Positions 53,685 to 62,800 of a stretch of 64,000 bases of DNA are shown one piece after another. This DNA comes from Tepidisphaerales bacterium (GTDB taxonomy: Bacteria > Planctomycetota > Phycisphaerae > Tepidisphaerales > Tepidisphaeraceae), in contig JBBRYX010000025.1 of the NCBI GenBank assembly GCA_038237225.1, forward strand, positions 915 to 64,914, read 5' to 3'. The position numbers and the translations under genes are program-made. The notes under the pieces are model-generated. The model did no database searches and was not told the origin of the DNA. It was given only the letters and a program-made list of their open reading frames with translations. Each line of letters begins with the position of its first letter. The first letter of the stretch is position 1.

Positions 53685-56306
53685 ATGATGAATCAGATTC
53701 GAGATGCGGTGCTCCGACCAATGCGCTGGGGTGTTTGCGCGTTGTGCGCAATCGTGGTGGGGGCGGCGGCGACAGCACCCGCTCCGACAGAGCCAAGCGC
53801 GGTGAAGGCCGGCGGAGCGGGGGCTCCCGTGAGTTATTCGAAGCAGATTGCGCCGATGCTTCAGAGCCGATGCGAGTCTTGCCATTCCGGTGATGATGCG
53901 AAGGGGGAGTTTGACACGACGAGCGTGGCGAATCTTTTGAAGAAGGGGAAGAAGGCGGGGCCGGGGGTGATCGCGGGGAAGGCGAACGAGAGCGCGGTGA
54001 TCCAGTATATCGAGGGAGCCCGGAAGCCGCGGATGCCGAAGGGGAAGAAGCCATTGACGGATGAGCAGGTGGGTCTCATCAAGGCGTGGATTGTGCAGGG
54101 GGCGGTAGATGATGCAGGGAAGGTGGGAGTGACCGTGGCGCAAGGGCCGAGTTCCGCGAAGGCGCAAGCGGCGGTCGCGGCGCAGCCGGTGGCGGGGGGA
54201 ACGGCGCCGGCGCCGCGGGTGGTGAGCGAGGATTGGGATCCGAATGTGCCTTGGAGCGCGGCGGAGGCGGTGGCGGTTCGGAGGTATCAGCGGTTGAAGT
54301 TTGTCCCGGCGCCGCCGGCGGTGCCTCAGGGGGATGTGCCTGCATTTAATGAGGTTGATCGGTTTATTGCGGCGAAGTGGGCTTCGGCGCCGGTGGCTTC
54401 TTCCGCGAAGGCGCACGCGACTACCGCGCCGGTGGTGCCGGATGTTTGTGATGATTCTTCGTTTGTGAGGCGGGCTTTTCTGGACATCGTGGGGTTCATC
54501 CCATCGGCGGCGGAGGCGCGGAAGTTCGTTGAGGACAAGACCCCGGACAAGCGGGTGAAGCTGGTGGATGCGTTGCTCGCGCGGGATGAGCAGTATGCGC
54601 AGAACTGGGCGCCGTTCTGGGAGGATGCGCTGTGCTCGAACGGCTTGCACCAGGGTGGCGTGGGAACGCACGGGAATTATCGCCGATGGCTGTTAGAGAG
54701 TTTCAAGGAAAACAAGCCCTACGACCTGATGGTGCAGGAGCTTTTGGATCCGAAGGAGCCGAATCATCCGGCGCGGTATGTGCTGAACAGCGATCATGCC
54801 CGGACGGTGCAGAGCGCTGCGGACACGGCGCAGGTTTTCCTGGGGACGGCGATCAAGTGCGCGAGCTGCCACAATCACTTCCTGAATGATGAGTGGCCGC
54901 AGGCTCGCGCGGTGGCGTTCGCGGGATACTTTCAGCAGAAGGATATGGAGATCGTGCGCTGCGAGCGAGGCACGGGGAAGTTTGTCGAAACGCATTTCAT
55001 GTTCGATCTGCCGAAGATGCCGACGAGTGCGCCCACGACGCAGTCGACGCGGATGAAGGAAATCGCGCAGCTCATCACCGATCCGACGAATCCGAGATTT
55101 TCCAGGACGATCGTGAATCGATTGTGGAAGCGCTACATGGGGCTGGGTCTGTTTGAGCCGGCGGATGATTACCGCGCGGATGTGCCGGCCAGTCATCCGG
55201 AGCTTTTGGATTGGCTGGCGAACGACTTTGTGCGCCATGGATACAACCTGAAGCACACGATCCGGTTGATCCTGACAAGCCGGACGTATCAATTGAAATA
55301 TGATCCGAAGCTGGCGGACAAATTTGATGTGGAGAAGCCGGGAGCGCCGCGATATTTCAGGGCGCCGGCGCTGCGGCGTTTGACGGCGGAACAGCTTCTG
55401 GACAGCGTGAACGTGGCGGTGAATCAGAAGGAACTGGGGGATGGGCGGACGTTTGCAAACGATAATTCGACGCCGCTGGCGCGGGCGCTGGGGAGGCCGC
55501 CGACGCGGAATGAAGTATCGACAGCGCGACCGGATGACACGGCGGTAGTGCAGTCGCTCGAGCTTTTGAACGGGCAGGAATATCACGATCGGGTTTACAA
55601 GGGTTCGCAGGTTGCATCGATGTCGGTGACGACACAGCCGTCGGCGATTGTCGAGGACATGTATTGGTCCGCGTATGGTCGTGGGCCGACGACCAGAGAG
55701 ACGGAGGCTGGGACAAAGTATTTGAAGACCGCGCCCAAGCCGGCGACGACGCAGCCGGTGGATTTGGTTTGGGTGGAGGATGCGGTGCCGCCGGGGGCGA
55801 CCATGCAGGGACTCTGGGTCTGGGCGCGGGCGACGGCTCAGCCGGTGTTCAGCGGGAAGATGTCGCACACGGATGGGCAGACGGAGCCGATCGCGACGCA
55901 GCATTTGTTCACTGGCGCGCGGTTCGAGGTGAAGCCGGCGGATGTGCTGTTCACGTATGTTTACATTGATCCGGAGAGCGTGCCGCGGGAGATCATGTTG
56001 CAGTTCAACGCGGGCGGGGATTGGAAGCGGGCGTTCTGGGGCGCCGAGGCGATTCCGTACAAGCCGACGGTGAATATGGGTGCGCTGCCCGCCGCGGGGA
56101 AGTGGGTGCGGCTGGAAGTTCTCGCGTCGAAGATCGGGATCGACAAGCCGATGATCGTGGCTGGGATCAGCTTCGATCAGATGCTGGGAAAGGTCTATTG
56201 GGACAAAACGGGCGTGAGCAAAGGGCCGGCGGTGACGGATGGAGAGACGATTGGCGACATGATCTGGGCACTGGTGACGAGTCCGGAGTTTCAGTACATC
56301 CGGTAG
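53685..56306 (+). CDS. PSCyt1 (planctomycete cytochrome C) / PSCyt2 (DUF1549) / PSD1 (DUF1553) domain protein
   Basis: ORF track gives 53451..56306, which runs through the tRNA. Start moved to the ATG at 53685 (MMNQIRDAVLRPMRWGVCALCAIVVGAAA, signal peptide). CESCHS heme motif. DUF1549-like FVRRAFLDIVGFIPS..WEDAL. DUF1553-like NRLWKRYMGLGLFEP..HPELLDWLA. Confidence 0.85.
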   Translation: MMNQIRDAVLRPMRWGVCALCAIVVGAAATAPAPTEPSAVKAGGAGAPVSYSKQIAPMLQSRCESCHSGDDAKGEFDTTSVANLLKKGKKAGPGVIAGKANESAVIQYIEGARKPRMPKGKKPLTDEQVGLIKAWIVQGAVDDAGKVGVTVAQGPSSAKAQAAVAAQPVAGGTAPAPRVVSEDWDPNVPWSAAEAVAVRRYQRLKFVPAPPAVPQGDVPAFNEVDRFIAAKWASAPVASSAKAHATTAPVVPDVCDDSSFVRRAFLDIVGFIPSAAEARKFVEDKTPDKRVKLVDALLARDEQYAQNWAPFWEDALCSNGLHQGGVGTHGNYRRWLLESFKENKPYDLMVQELLDPKEPNHPARYVLNSDHARTVQSAADTAQVFLGTAIKCASCHNHFLNDEWPQARAVAFAGYFQQKDMEIVRCERGTGKFVETHFMFDLPKMPTSAPTTQSTRMKEIAQLITDPTNPRFSRTIVNRLWKRYMGLGLFEPADDYRADVPASHPELLDWLANDFVRHGYNLKHTIRLILTSRTYQLKYDPKLADKFDVEKPGAPRYFRAPALRRLTAEQLLDSVNVAVNQKELGDGRTFANDNSTPLARALGRPPTRNEVSTARPDDTAVVQSLELLNGQEYHDRVYKGSQVASMSVTTQPSAIVEDMYWSAYGRGPTTRETEAGTKYLKTAPKPATTQPVDLVWVEDAVPPGATMQGLWVWARATAQPVFSGKMSHTDGQTEPIATQHLFTGARFEVKPADVLFTYVYIDPESVPREIMLQFNAGGDWKRAFWGAEAIPYKPTVNMGALPAAGKWVRLEVLASKIGIDKPMIVAGISFDQMLGKVYWDKTGVSKGPAVTDGETIGDMIWALVTSPEFQYIR

Positions 56307-56442
56307 CGTTGATTCACCACCGGGTTGATTCACCACTGAGATCACAGAGAAGACAAGCAGCGATTTTTCGGGAACGAAGACGATCAAATAAATTCAGCCC
56401 CCGGATTCATCTCGAAAACGCTTAAATTCGTTTCTTCTTCAT

Positions 56443-56472
56443 CTCCGTGTTCCTCCGTGATCTCCGTGGTGA
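56443..56472. repeat. 30-bp element CTCCGTGTTCCTCCGTGATCTCCGTGGTGA, three CTCCGTG heptamers phased at about 10 bp
   Basis: Read directly, 22 nt downstream of the oxidoreductase stop. Same element as 57583..57612. Confidence 0.7.
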
Positions 56473-56493
56473 GAAAAACGTTAGCGGATCCAA

Positions 56494-57504
56494 TTAAAGT
56501 GAAATGGTTTCGCCGGCGCGAACGGATTGCACTTCGGCTTCGACGAGTTTGAGGGAGCGCACGCCATCTTCGGCCGTGACGACGGTCGGGCGCTGATTGT
56601 TCCTAATGCAGTCGAGAAAGTAGCGGATTTCGGCGGTGTAGCCAAAGCCGGGGCCGGCATCGATTGCATCAGATTTTCCATCCTGGATGAGAACCAGGGG
56701 CTTGTCGCGTCCAAGATCGTAATCGGCTGTCGCGCTTTCGAAATTAACGGTGTAGCGCATGGTGAATCCGTAGTCTTGAGCGAAGGTCCAGCCGCCTTCG
56801 GCAGAGACCAGCGGAATGTTATCGTAGATGTAGTGGGTGGTGAGGTGGTCGATTTCGCCGGACGTTTTTGTGTAACCGCGGGAGCTGACTGCTTTGGGCA
56901 TCCCGAAGAGGTGCTGGATGAAATCGGTATCGTGGATGTGGAGGTCAAGGGCGGCGCCGCCGGAGATTCGGCCGTCTTTGTACCAGCCCGCCGGCATGGA
57001 TGCCACGCGGCGGAAGGTGGCGCTGAGGACATTGCCGTATCGTCTTTCATCCACGGCTTGTTTAAGCCAGATCCATTGCGGCCAGAAGCGCATGCACATG
57101 GCGGGCATGAAGAAGCCTTTGGCCTGCTTAGCAGCCTGGGCGATCTTGTCGCCCTCGGCGCTGGTGCGGGCGAGCGGTTTTTCGCAGAGGACGTGCTTGC
57201 CGGATTTGAGGGCGGCGGTGGCGACCTCAAGGTGCTGCGTGGTGGGGAGACAGATGTCGACGAGGTCAACGTTGGGATTGGCGAGGAGATCGTTGTAGTC
57301 GATGGAGCCTTTGATCCGGTCCATGGGAAGAGAGTTGACGGCGCCGGCGATGACGTTGCCGCTGGTGCCGGTGAGATCACCGGCGGCGCGCCTGGGATCG
57401 ACATCCGAGACGGCGACGACCTGAGCCAGTTCTGATAATTCCTGGTACGCCTCGTAATGAGTCCGGCCCATCATGCCCAAACCGATAATTCCGACGCGGA
57501 TCAT
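56494..57504 (-). CDS. Gfo/Idh/MocA family oxidoreductase
   Basis: ORF track gives 56494..57555. Start moved to the ATG at 57504 (MIRVGIIGLGMMGRTH) because the upstream 17 codons read through the repeat hairpin. Rossmann fold plus C-terminal GFO_IDH_MocA region. Confidence 0.9.
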   Translation of the reverse strand: MIRVGIIGLGMMGRTHYEAYQELSELAQVVAVSDVDPRRAAGDLTGTSGNVIAGAVNSLPMDRIKGSIDYNDLLANPNVDLVDICLPTTQHLEVATAALKSGKHVLCEKPLARTSAEGDKIAQAAKQAKGFFMPAMCMRFWPQWIWLKQAVDERRYGNVLSATFRRVASMPAGWYKDGRISGGAALDLHIHDTDFIQHLFGMPKAVSSRGYTKTSGEIDHLTTHYIYDNIPLVSAEGGWTFAQDYGFTMRYTVNFESATADYDLGRDKPLVLIQDGKSDAIDAGPGFGYTAEIRYFLDCIRNNQRPTVVTAEDGVRSLKLVEAEVQSVRAGETISL

Positions 57505-57529
57505 TTTCTTCTCCGGTTCAAATTCTGAT

Positions 57530-57612
57530 TCACCACGGAGCTCACGGAGGAACACGGAGAAGAAAATCCTGCATGTGATTTACTCCGTGTTCCTCCGTGA
57601 TCTCCGTGGTGA
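57530..57612. repeat. inverted pair of the 30-bp CTCCGTG-triplet element (29/30 complementary) with a 23-nt loop
   Basis: TCACCACGGAGCTCACGGAGGAACACGGAG - loop - CTCCGTGTTCCTCCGTGATCTCCGTGGTGA, between the isomerase stop (57622) and the oxidoreductase start (57504). Confidence 0.7.
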
Positions 57613-57621
57613 ATAGGGTTT

Positions 57622-58464
57622 TTACATCTTCACAATCTTCTTCATCGCCTCGTGCGTTCGTTTGAGAAGGGATTCATCCGGGGGCATCATTTCGGCGACG
57701 AGGGTCTTGTTGTAGTTGATCCCTTTGAGGGCGGTCATGGTTTCTTTCCAGGGGACGTCGCCGGCGAGGAGGTCGCAGAAGCCGGTGATGTTGCCGATGG
57801 TGTTTTTGAAATCCTTGATGTGGATGCGCTTGATGCGGCTGCCCAGAAGCTCGATCCAGTGGGGCGGGTGTTGGTGATAACCCAGGACGTTGCCGACGTC
57901 GAAGTACACGCCGACTTTTTCGGAGCCGATGGAGTCAATAAAGTCTCGGAACTCCAGGGGCGAGTAGAAAAGCCCGTTCCAGACGTTTTCGAGACAGAGA
58001 TCGATGTTAAGTCGTTCGGCTGTTCCGCGAAGGCGCAAAGCGGCCTCGCGCGCCCAATTCACGGCTTGATCATACTTCGCGGGACCATAGTGCTGATCCC
58101 ACGGAATCTTCACCGCGCCGGGGACCATCAGCATCGCCTTGGCGCCGAGCCACGCCGCGCGCTGGAGGGCGGCGGCATGAAGCTCGATGGACTTGGCGCG
58201 GATTTCAGGATTCGGATCGGTCGGGGAGCAGCCCCAGCTCAAACCGCAGGCCATGGTCTCCAGCTTAATGTCGTGCTTGAGCCCGAGATCGCGGTAACCC
58301 TCGATGGTTTGTTGATCGGACTCGACGGAGAGCACACCGCCGGTCGAGCAGGCGAGCTCGATCCCGTCGAAGCCGGCCGTTTTGGCTTCGATGATGGCGT
58401 CTTCGATGGGGCGCTCATTGGAGAGCCCGTCTTTGATTGACCAGTAGCTGATGGAGAGGTCCAT
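57622..58464 (-). CDS. sugar phosphate isomerase/epimerase (xylose-isomerase-like TIM barrel)
   Basis: Conserved metal-binding pattern ..LCLEN.., ..DVGN.., ..HIKD.. of the AP-endonuclease-2/xylose-isomerase-like superfamily. Confidence 0.8.
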   Translation of the reverse strand: MDLSISYWSIKDGLSNERPIEDAIIEAKTAGFDGIELACSTGGVLSVESDQQTIEGYRDLGLKHDIKLETMACGLSWGCSPTDPNPEIRAKSIELHAAALQRAAWLGAKAMLMVPGAVKIPWDQHYGPAKYDQAVNWAREAALRLRGTAERLNIDLCLENVWNGLFYSPLEFRDFIDSIGSEKVGVYFDVGNVLGYHQHPPHWIELLGSRIKRIHIKDFKNTIGNITGFCDLLAGDVPWKETMTALKGINYNKTLVAEMMPPDESLLKRTHEAMKKIVKM

Positions 58465-58477
58465 TTCTTGTCCGTTG

Positions 58478-59569
58478 TCAGGGGTCCGTTGTCAGTTGCT
58501 GTTGGAGAAAGCGGTGAGCCGGTTCGAGATTGATGCAGTGTCGGCCTTCAAAATAGTCCGTCTTAAAATTGACTTCTGTGCCGAAAAGCTTCCAGGCGCG
58601 CTTTGCTTTTTGGACGGTTTGCTTGACGCCTTCGATCGGGAAGATGTCGTCCTTGATTCCGTTTTGGACGAGGAGGGGCCGCGGCGCGAGCAGGGCGGCA
58701 ACGTCCGACAGTTCCCCCAGGTTGAGCAGACCCGGGACGAAATTGCAGGTGCAGTGGAAGATGTCCAGGATGCTCTTCCGCCAGTCGCAGAAGTAACCGG
58801 AGATCACGGACGCTTTGATTCGATCATCCATCGCGGCGGTGAAGAAGGCGTTCATTCCGCCGCCGGAGATGCCCATGGCGGCGATGTTATTCGCATCGAC
58901 TTCCTTCCTCGTTTGCAGGTAATCGAGGACGCGCATGTTGTCGAGAACGCGCAAGCCGGCAATGGATTTGCCGAGCATGATGGCGTACGTGTTTCCGCCG
59001 TGGCAGGTGGGGGTGAGGCGCCAGAGGTGAGAATTCTGATATTGATGTTGGCGCTCTCCAAAGGCGGAGATTTCGGGGGCGGCGACGATGAAGCCTTGTT
59101 CCGCGAAGGCGCACGCGAAGTCCCCTTGGTATCCGTCCGGGGCAAGTCGCTCGGAGCCGTCTTCCCAAAGGCCGACGATCTCCTTCACGCCGTAGCCATG
59201 ACCGTTGAGGGCGAGGATGGTCGGACGCGGTTTACTCTTGCGCGCTTTCGGGATGAGAAGATAAAGGGGAAGCTCGGAGTAAGGCGTGGTGCGCAAAATG
59301 ATCTTGTGGCGGACGTACGATCCACGATCCACCGATTCAACCGTTCGCGGTTTGGGATCAACCGCTGGCTGATCCAGGAAACCCAGGCAGTCGCCCAGCG
59401 CCTTGCGAGTTTTCTTCTGCCAGCTTCGGGCTGCCGAGGCCGTGGATGCGACGAACGCCGGGCGCGATTGATTGTTCACCGCATCGAGAAGAGCAATCGG
59501 GTCGAACGGGCGATCGGCTGACCTCGCGCGTCCAGATCGGCGCGAAGAAGGCTGAGCGGCTTTATCCAT
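58478..59569 (-). CDS. alpha/beta hydrolase (esterase/dienelactone-hydrolase-like)
   Basis: Nucleophile elbow MGISGGGM (GxSxG). About 360 aa. Confidence 0.65.
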   Translation of the reverse strand: MDKAAQPSSRRSGRARSADRPFDPIALLDAVNNQSRPAFVASTASAARSWQKKTRKALGDCLGFLDQPAVDPKPRTVESVDRGSYVRHKIILRTTPYSELPLYLLIPKARKSKPRPTILALNGHGYGVKEIVGLWEDGSERLAPDGYQGDFACAFAEQGFIVAAPEISAFGERQHQYQNSHLWRLTPTCHGGNTYAIMLGKSIAGLRVLDNMRVLDYLQTRKEVDANNIAAMGISGGGMNAFFTAAMDDRIKASVISGYFCDWRKSILDIFHCTCNFVPGLLNLGELSDVAALLAPRPLLVQNGIKDDIFPIEGVKQTVQKAKRAWKLFGTEVNFKTDYFEGRHCINLEPAHRFLQQQLTTDP

Positions 59570-59809
59570 GGGACGGAGGAGTTTCCCCGAAATCTGCCGG
59601 AATGAGAAGGGGAGGGATGAGACCGATGCGACGAAGTTACATTTGCCGATGAGTCAGACGGTGAGCACCCGGTGGGCTCGCAGATTCATGCGAAAAGATA
59701 GAGTTAGGGGTTGCTCCACTCACCGCTGCCCTATACGATAAACACGTCATTTCTCAGCCCATTCACTGGTCTGGCCGCGGAGTGCATCACGGGCGGCCGG
59801 AATGAAATT

Positions 59810-62800
59810 ATGTTTCCTGTCGCTCGAAATCGTTTCCCCGCGCATCGCGCGGTCCTGGCCGCGGTCGCCGCCGCAGCGCCGTCGCTTGCATGGGCGCAGA
59901 CGCGGGTCGTCGGGGTGGATGTGTCGCAGTTTCAACTGAACATGGACTGGTCGAAAACTTACACCGCCGGGGCACGGTTCGCCTTCGTTCGCTCATCCCG
60001 GGGAGGACTGACGGGCTCCTCCGATTCCGGTGGAACGGGCAACACCGTCGGGCAGGGGCGCTACGACGATCCGCTGTTTCAGACCAACATGACCGATGCG
60101 ACGGTAGCCGGAGTGCTCGCCGGCGCTTATCACTTTGCGCGCACCGATCTCAACTCGACGAGCGTTCCAGAGGACGAGGCCAATCACTTTCTCCAGCAGG
60201 CTTCCGATCGGATGACGGCAGGGTATCTCCGGCCGGTGATGGACATCGAGTCGTTCTGGCCTGGCCTTCAGTTCTCGCAGTTCCCCGCGTTCCGCAGCTA
60301 CCTCGCGGACTGGATCCCCCGTTTCAGCAACACCATCGAAGCGGCGACCGGCGTCAAGCCGATCATCTACAGCTACAACTCGTTCATCACCGACTTTCTC
60401 ACGACGCAGACGGAGTACTCGCTCTGGAGTTCCACCGTCAGTTGTAACTTTGCGGCGGGCACTCCGGTCACCGGCGCGTGGGCCGGCGACTGGGCGTTCT
60501 GGCAACACGGTCAGGCGAAGCCGAATGCAGCTAACAACGCTTGTCCGGCCATCACGCAGAATGCGGGCGACTTTGGCGTGGAGATCGATCTGAGCACTGG
60601 CTTGGCCAAGAATTCGATCGATTTGAACGTCGCCAATGGCGACATCGAGTACGTCAAGAAATTTAAGGTTCCCTCGATCTGGCTTCACCCCATCGACAGC
60701 AACTGGGACACGGTCGGAAATTGGAATGGCCGCAAGCCGCTGGCAACGGATGATGTCGTGGTCCGATCACCGACGCTTGGGACCGGCGGTACCATCGCGC
60801 TGGGCTCGGGGGAAGTGGGTCAATCGCTTTTATTCAATGAAAGCTACACCTTATCAGGCGGCAGCATCACGCTGTCGGCCGGTAACATCTCAGTCGCTGC
60901 CGGAAAGACCGCCACGCTCGCGACCAACTTATCCGGCATCGGCGGATTCACGAAAACGGGTGACGGCAAGCTTGTCATCAGCGCCAACACCACCAACACC
61001 GGCACGCGAACAATCACTGCCGGCACGCTCAGCATCGACAATCGCACGCGGCTCGCCCCCGGCGGCAAAGTGGTCCTCAACGGCGGTATCCTTCAGGAAA
61101 CAAACGCCTCGAATGCGGGCACGTTCATTGAACCCACCACCCCCATCGAAGTCGGACCCGCCGGCGGCGCTGTCAACTACACCTCCAGCGGCGCAGGACT
61201 ATCCAGCATTTACGCCGGCACGCTAACAGGGACCGGCGGAACGACCGCCAACGGCGGCGCCGGGACGCTCACCAAGACCGGGCCGGGTGAATTCCGCTAC
61301 CAAGGTGCCGGGACCGCAAACTCCACCTTTCAAAATCTGATCGTGAAAGAAGGTCTATTCAGACTTGGAAACGTCTTCGGAGCCAACTTCGAAACAGGCT
61401 TCGGCGCTGTGCCGACCGCCACACTCGCCGGCGCAATCACACTCGATGGCGGCGCTATCGGAAGCAGTTGGAACGTGACGTTGAACGGCAAGCGCGGGAT
61501 CACCATCACCCCCGCCGGCGGAACCATCGACGTCTCCTCCGGAAGCATCACGATTCCCAGCAAAATCTCCGGCTCGAATCCCCTCACAGTTGTCGGTACG
61601 ACGGGTGTCGCCACGCTTGGCAATACCGGCAATGAGATTGGTAGCCTCATCGTCAATGGCCGGGTCGCGATGAGCACCGCCCAAACCGTCGGCTCGCTCA
61701 GCGGCAACGCCAGCGGCGCGATCAGCATTGGGTCGGTGCAGATCCTGACGATCAATCAGACCGTCGACGGCACCTATGCCGGCAGCATCGTCAATGATTT
61801 CAGCACGCTCGAGAAGCGCGGTCCTGGGGTTCTGACGCTCACGGGTAACACGACGATCCACAGCCTCACCCTCAACGATGGCACATTGAGACTGACGGGA
61901 GGGATTTTTCACGGCAGCGGCGTGGAATACCTGGCGTATACCGGCAGCGCCACCTTCGTCCAAACAGGCGGCACACACACGATGGATGGCGCCTTGAACC
62001 CGATCTATATCGGTCTCAATCCCGACGCCGCGGGAACGTATCGCCTCAGCGGCGGGAGCCTGAGCGTCACGTCGGACATCTACTGCGGTTACAACGGCCC
62101 GGGGTTGATCGAGCAGACCGGCGGCGCGGTCTCGATGAGCCCCTCCTACAGTTTGGCGCTGGGCTACTTTCAACTAGGCGCTGGAATCTACAGCCTATCC
62201 GGCACCGGCTCTGTCTCTGTCCCATCCGTCTACCTCGGCGGAAGCGCCGCCGGCGCCAACGGCACCGGCATCATGGCTATCTCTGGCGGCACCTTCACCA
62301 TCACGGACACCCTTAAAATCTACAACAGCGGCTCGTCCGCCGTGAACCTCAGCGGGGGAACGCTCAATGTAGGCACGCTGGTCACTTCTCCGTCACCCTC
62401 GCGCGTCAACTGGACGGGCGGGAAGCTCGCCGTGACGGGCGCAAGTGGATTCGCCGTCGAAAACACCGCGCCGCTGGCGAACTTCACAATCGGCGCGGGC
62501 ATGAGCCTAGCCGTCACCGGCGGTACCGAGACGGTGGGCAACCTCGGCGTCGGCACACTCACGCAAACCGGCGGTGAGAACGGCGTGGGATCAATCAACG
62601 CAAGCAGAACCCTCGTCATCGGCGCGAGCGCCGCGGGCTCCGGTCGGTACAACCTCAGCGGGGGAAACCTGATCGTGACCGGCAACGCTTATGTCGGCGG
62701 TACGTCCGGTGCCGCTGGAGGCAACGGCGTGCTCTCCATTACCGGCGGAAATGCTGTCGTCACCGGCACGCTCAAGGTTTGGAATCCGACCGGGATGGTG

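Noticed and set aside
54693-56387. 564-aa minus-strand ORF, plus 53640..54671 and 56527..57435, 57652..58440, 58451..59521, 59993..60688, 61355..62173
   Set aside because: All are Arg/His/Pro-rich antisense shadows of confidently assigned genes (PSCyt/DUF1553 protein, oxidoreductase, isomerase, hydrolase, giant GH25 protein).
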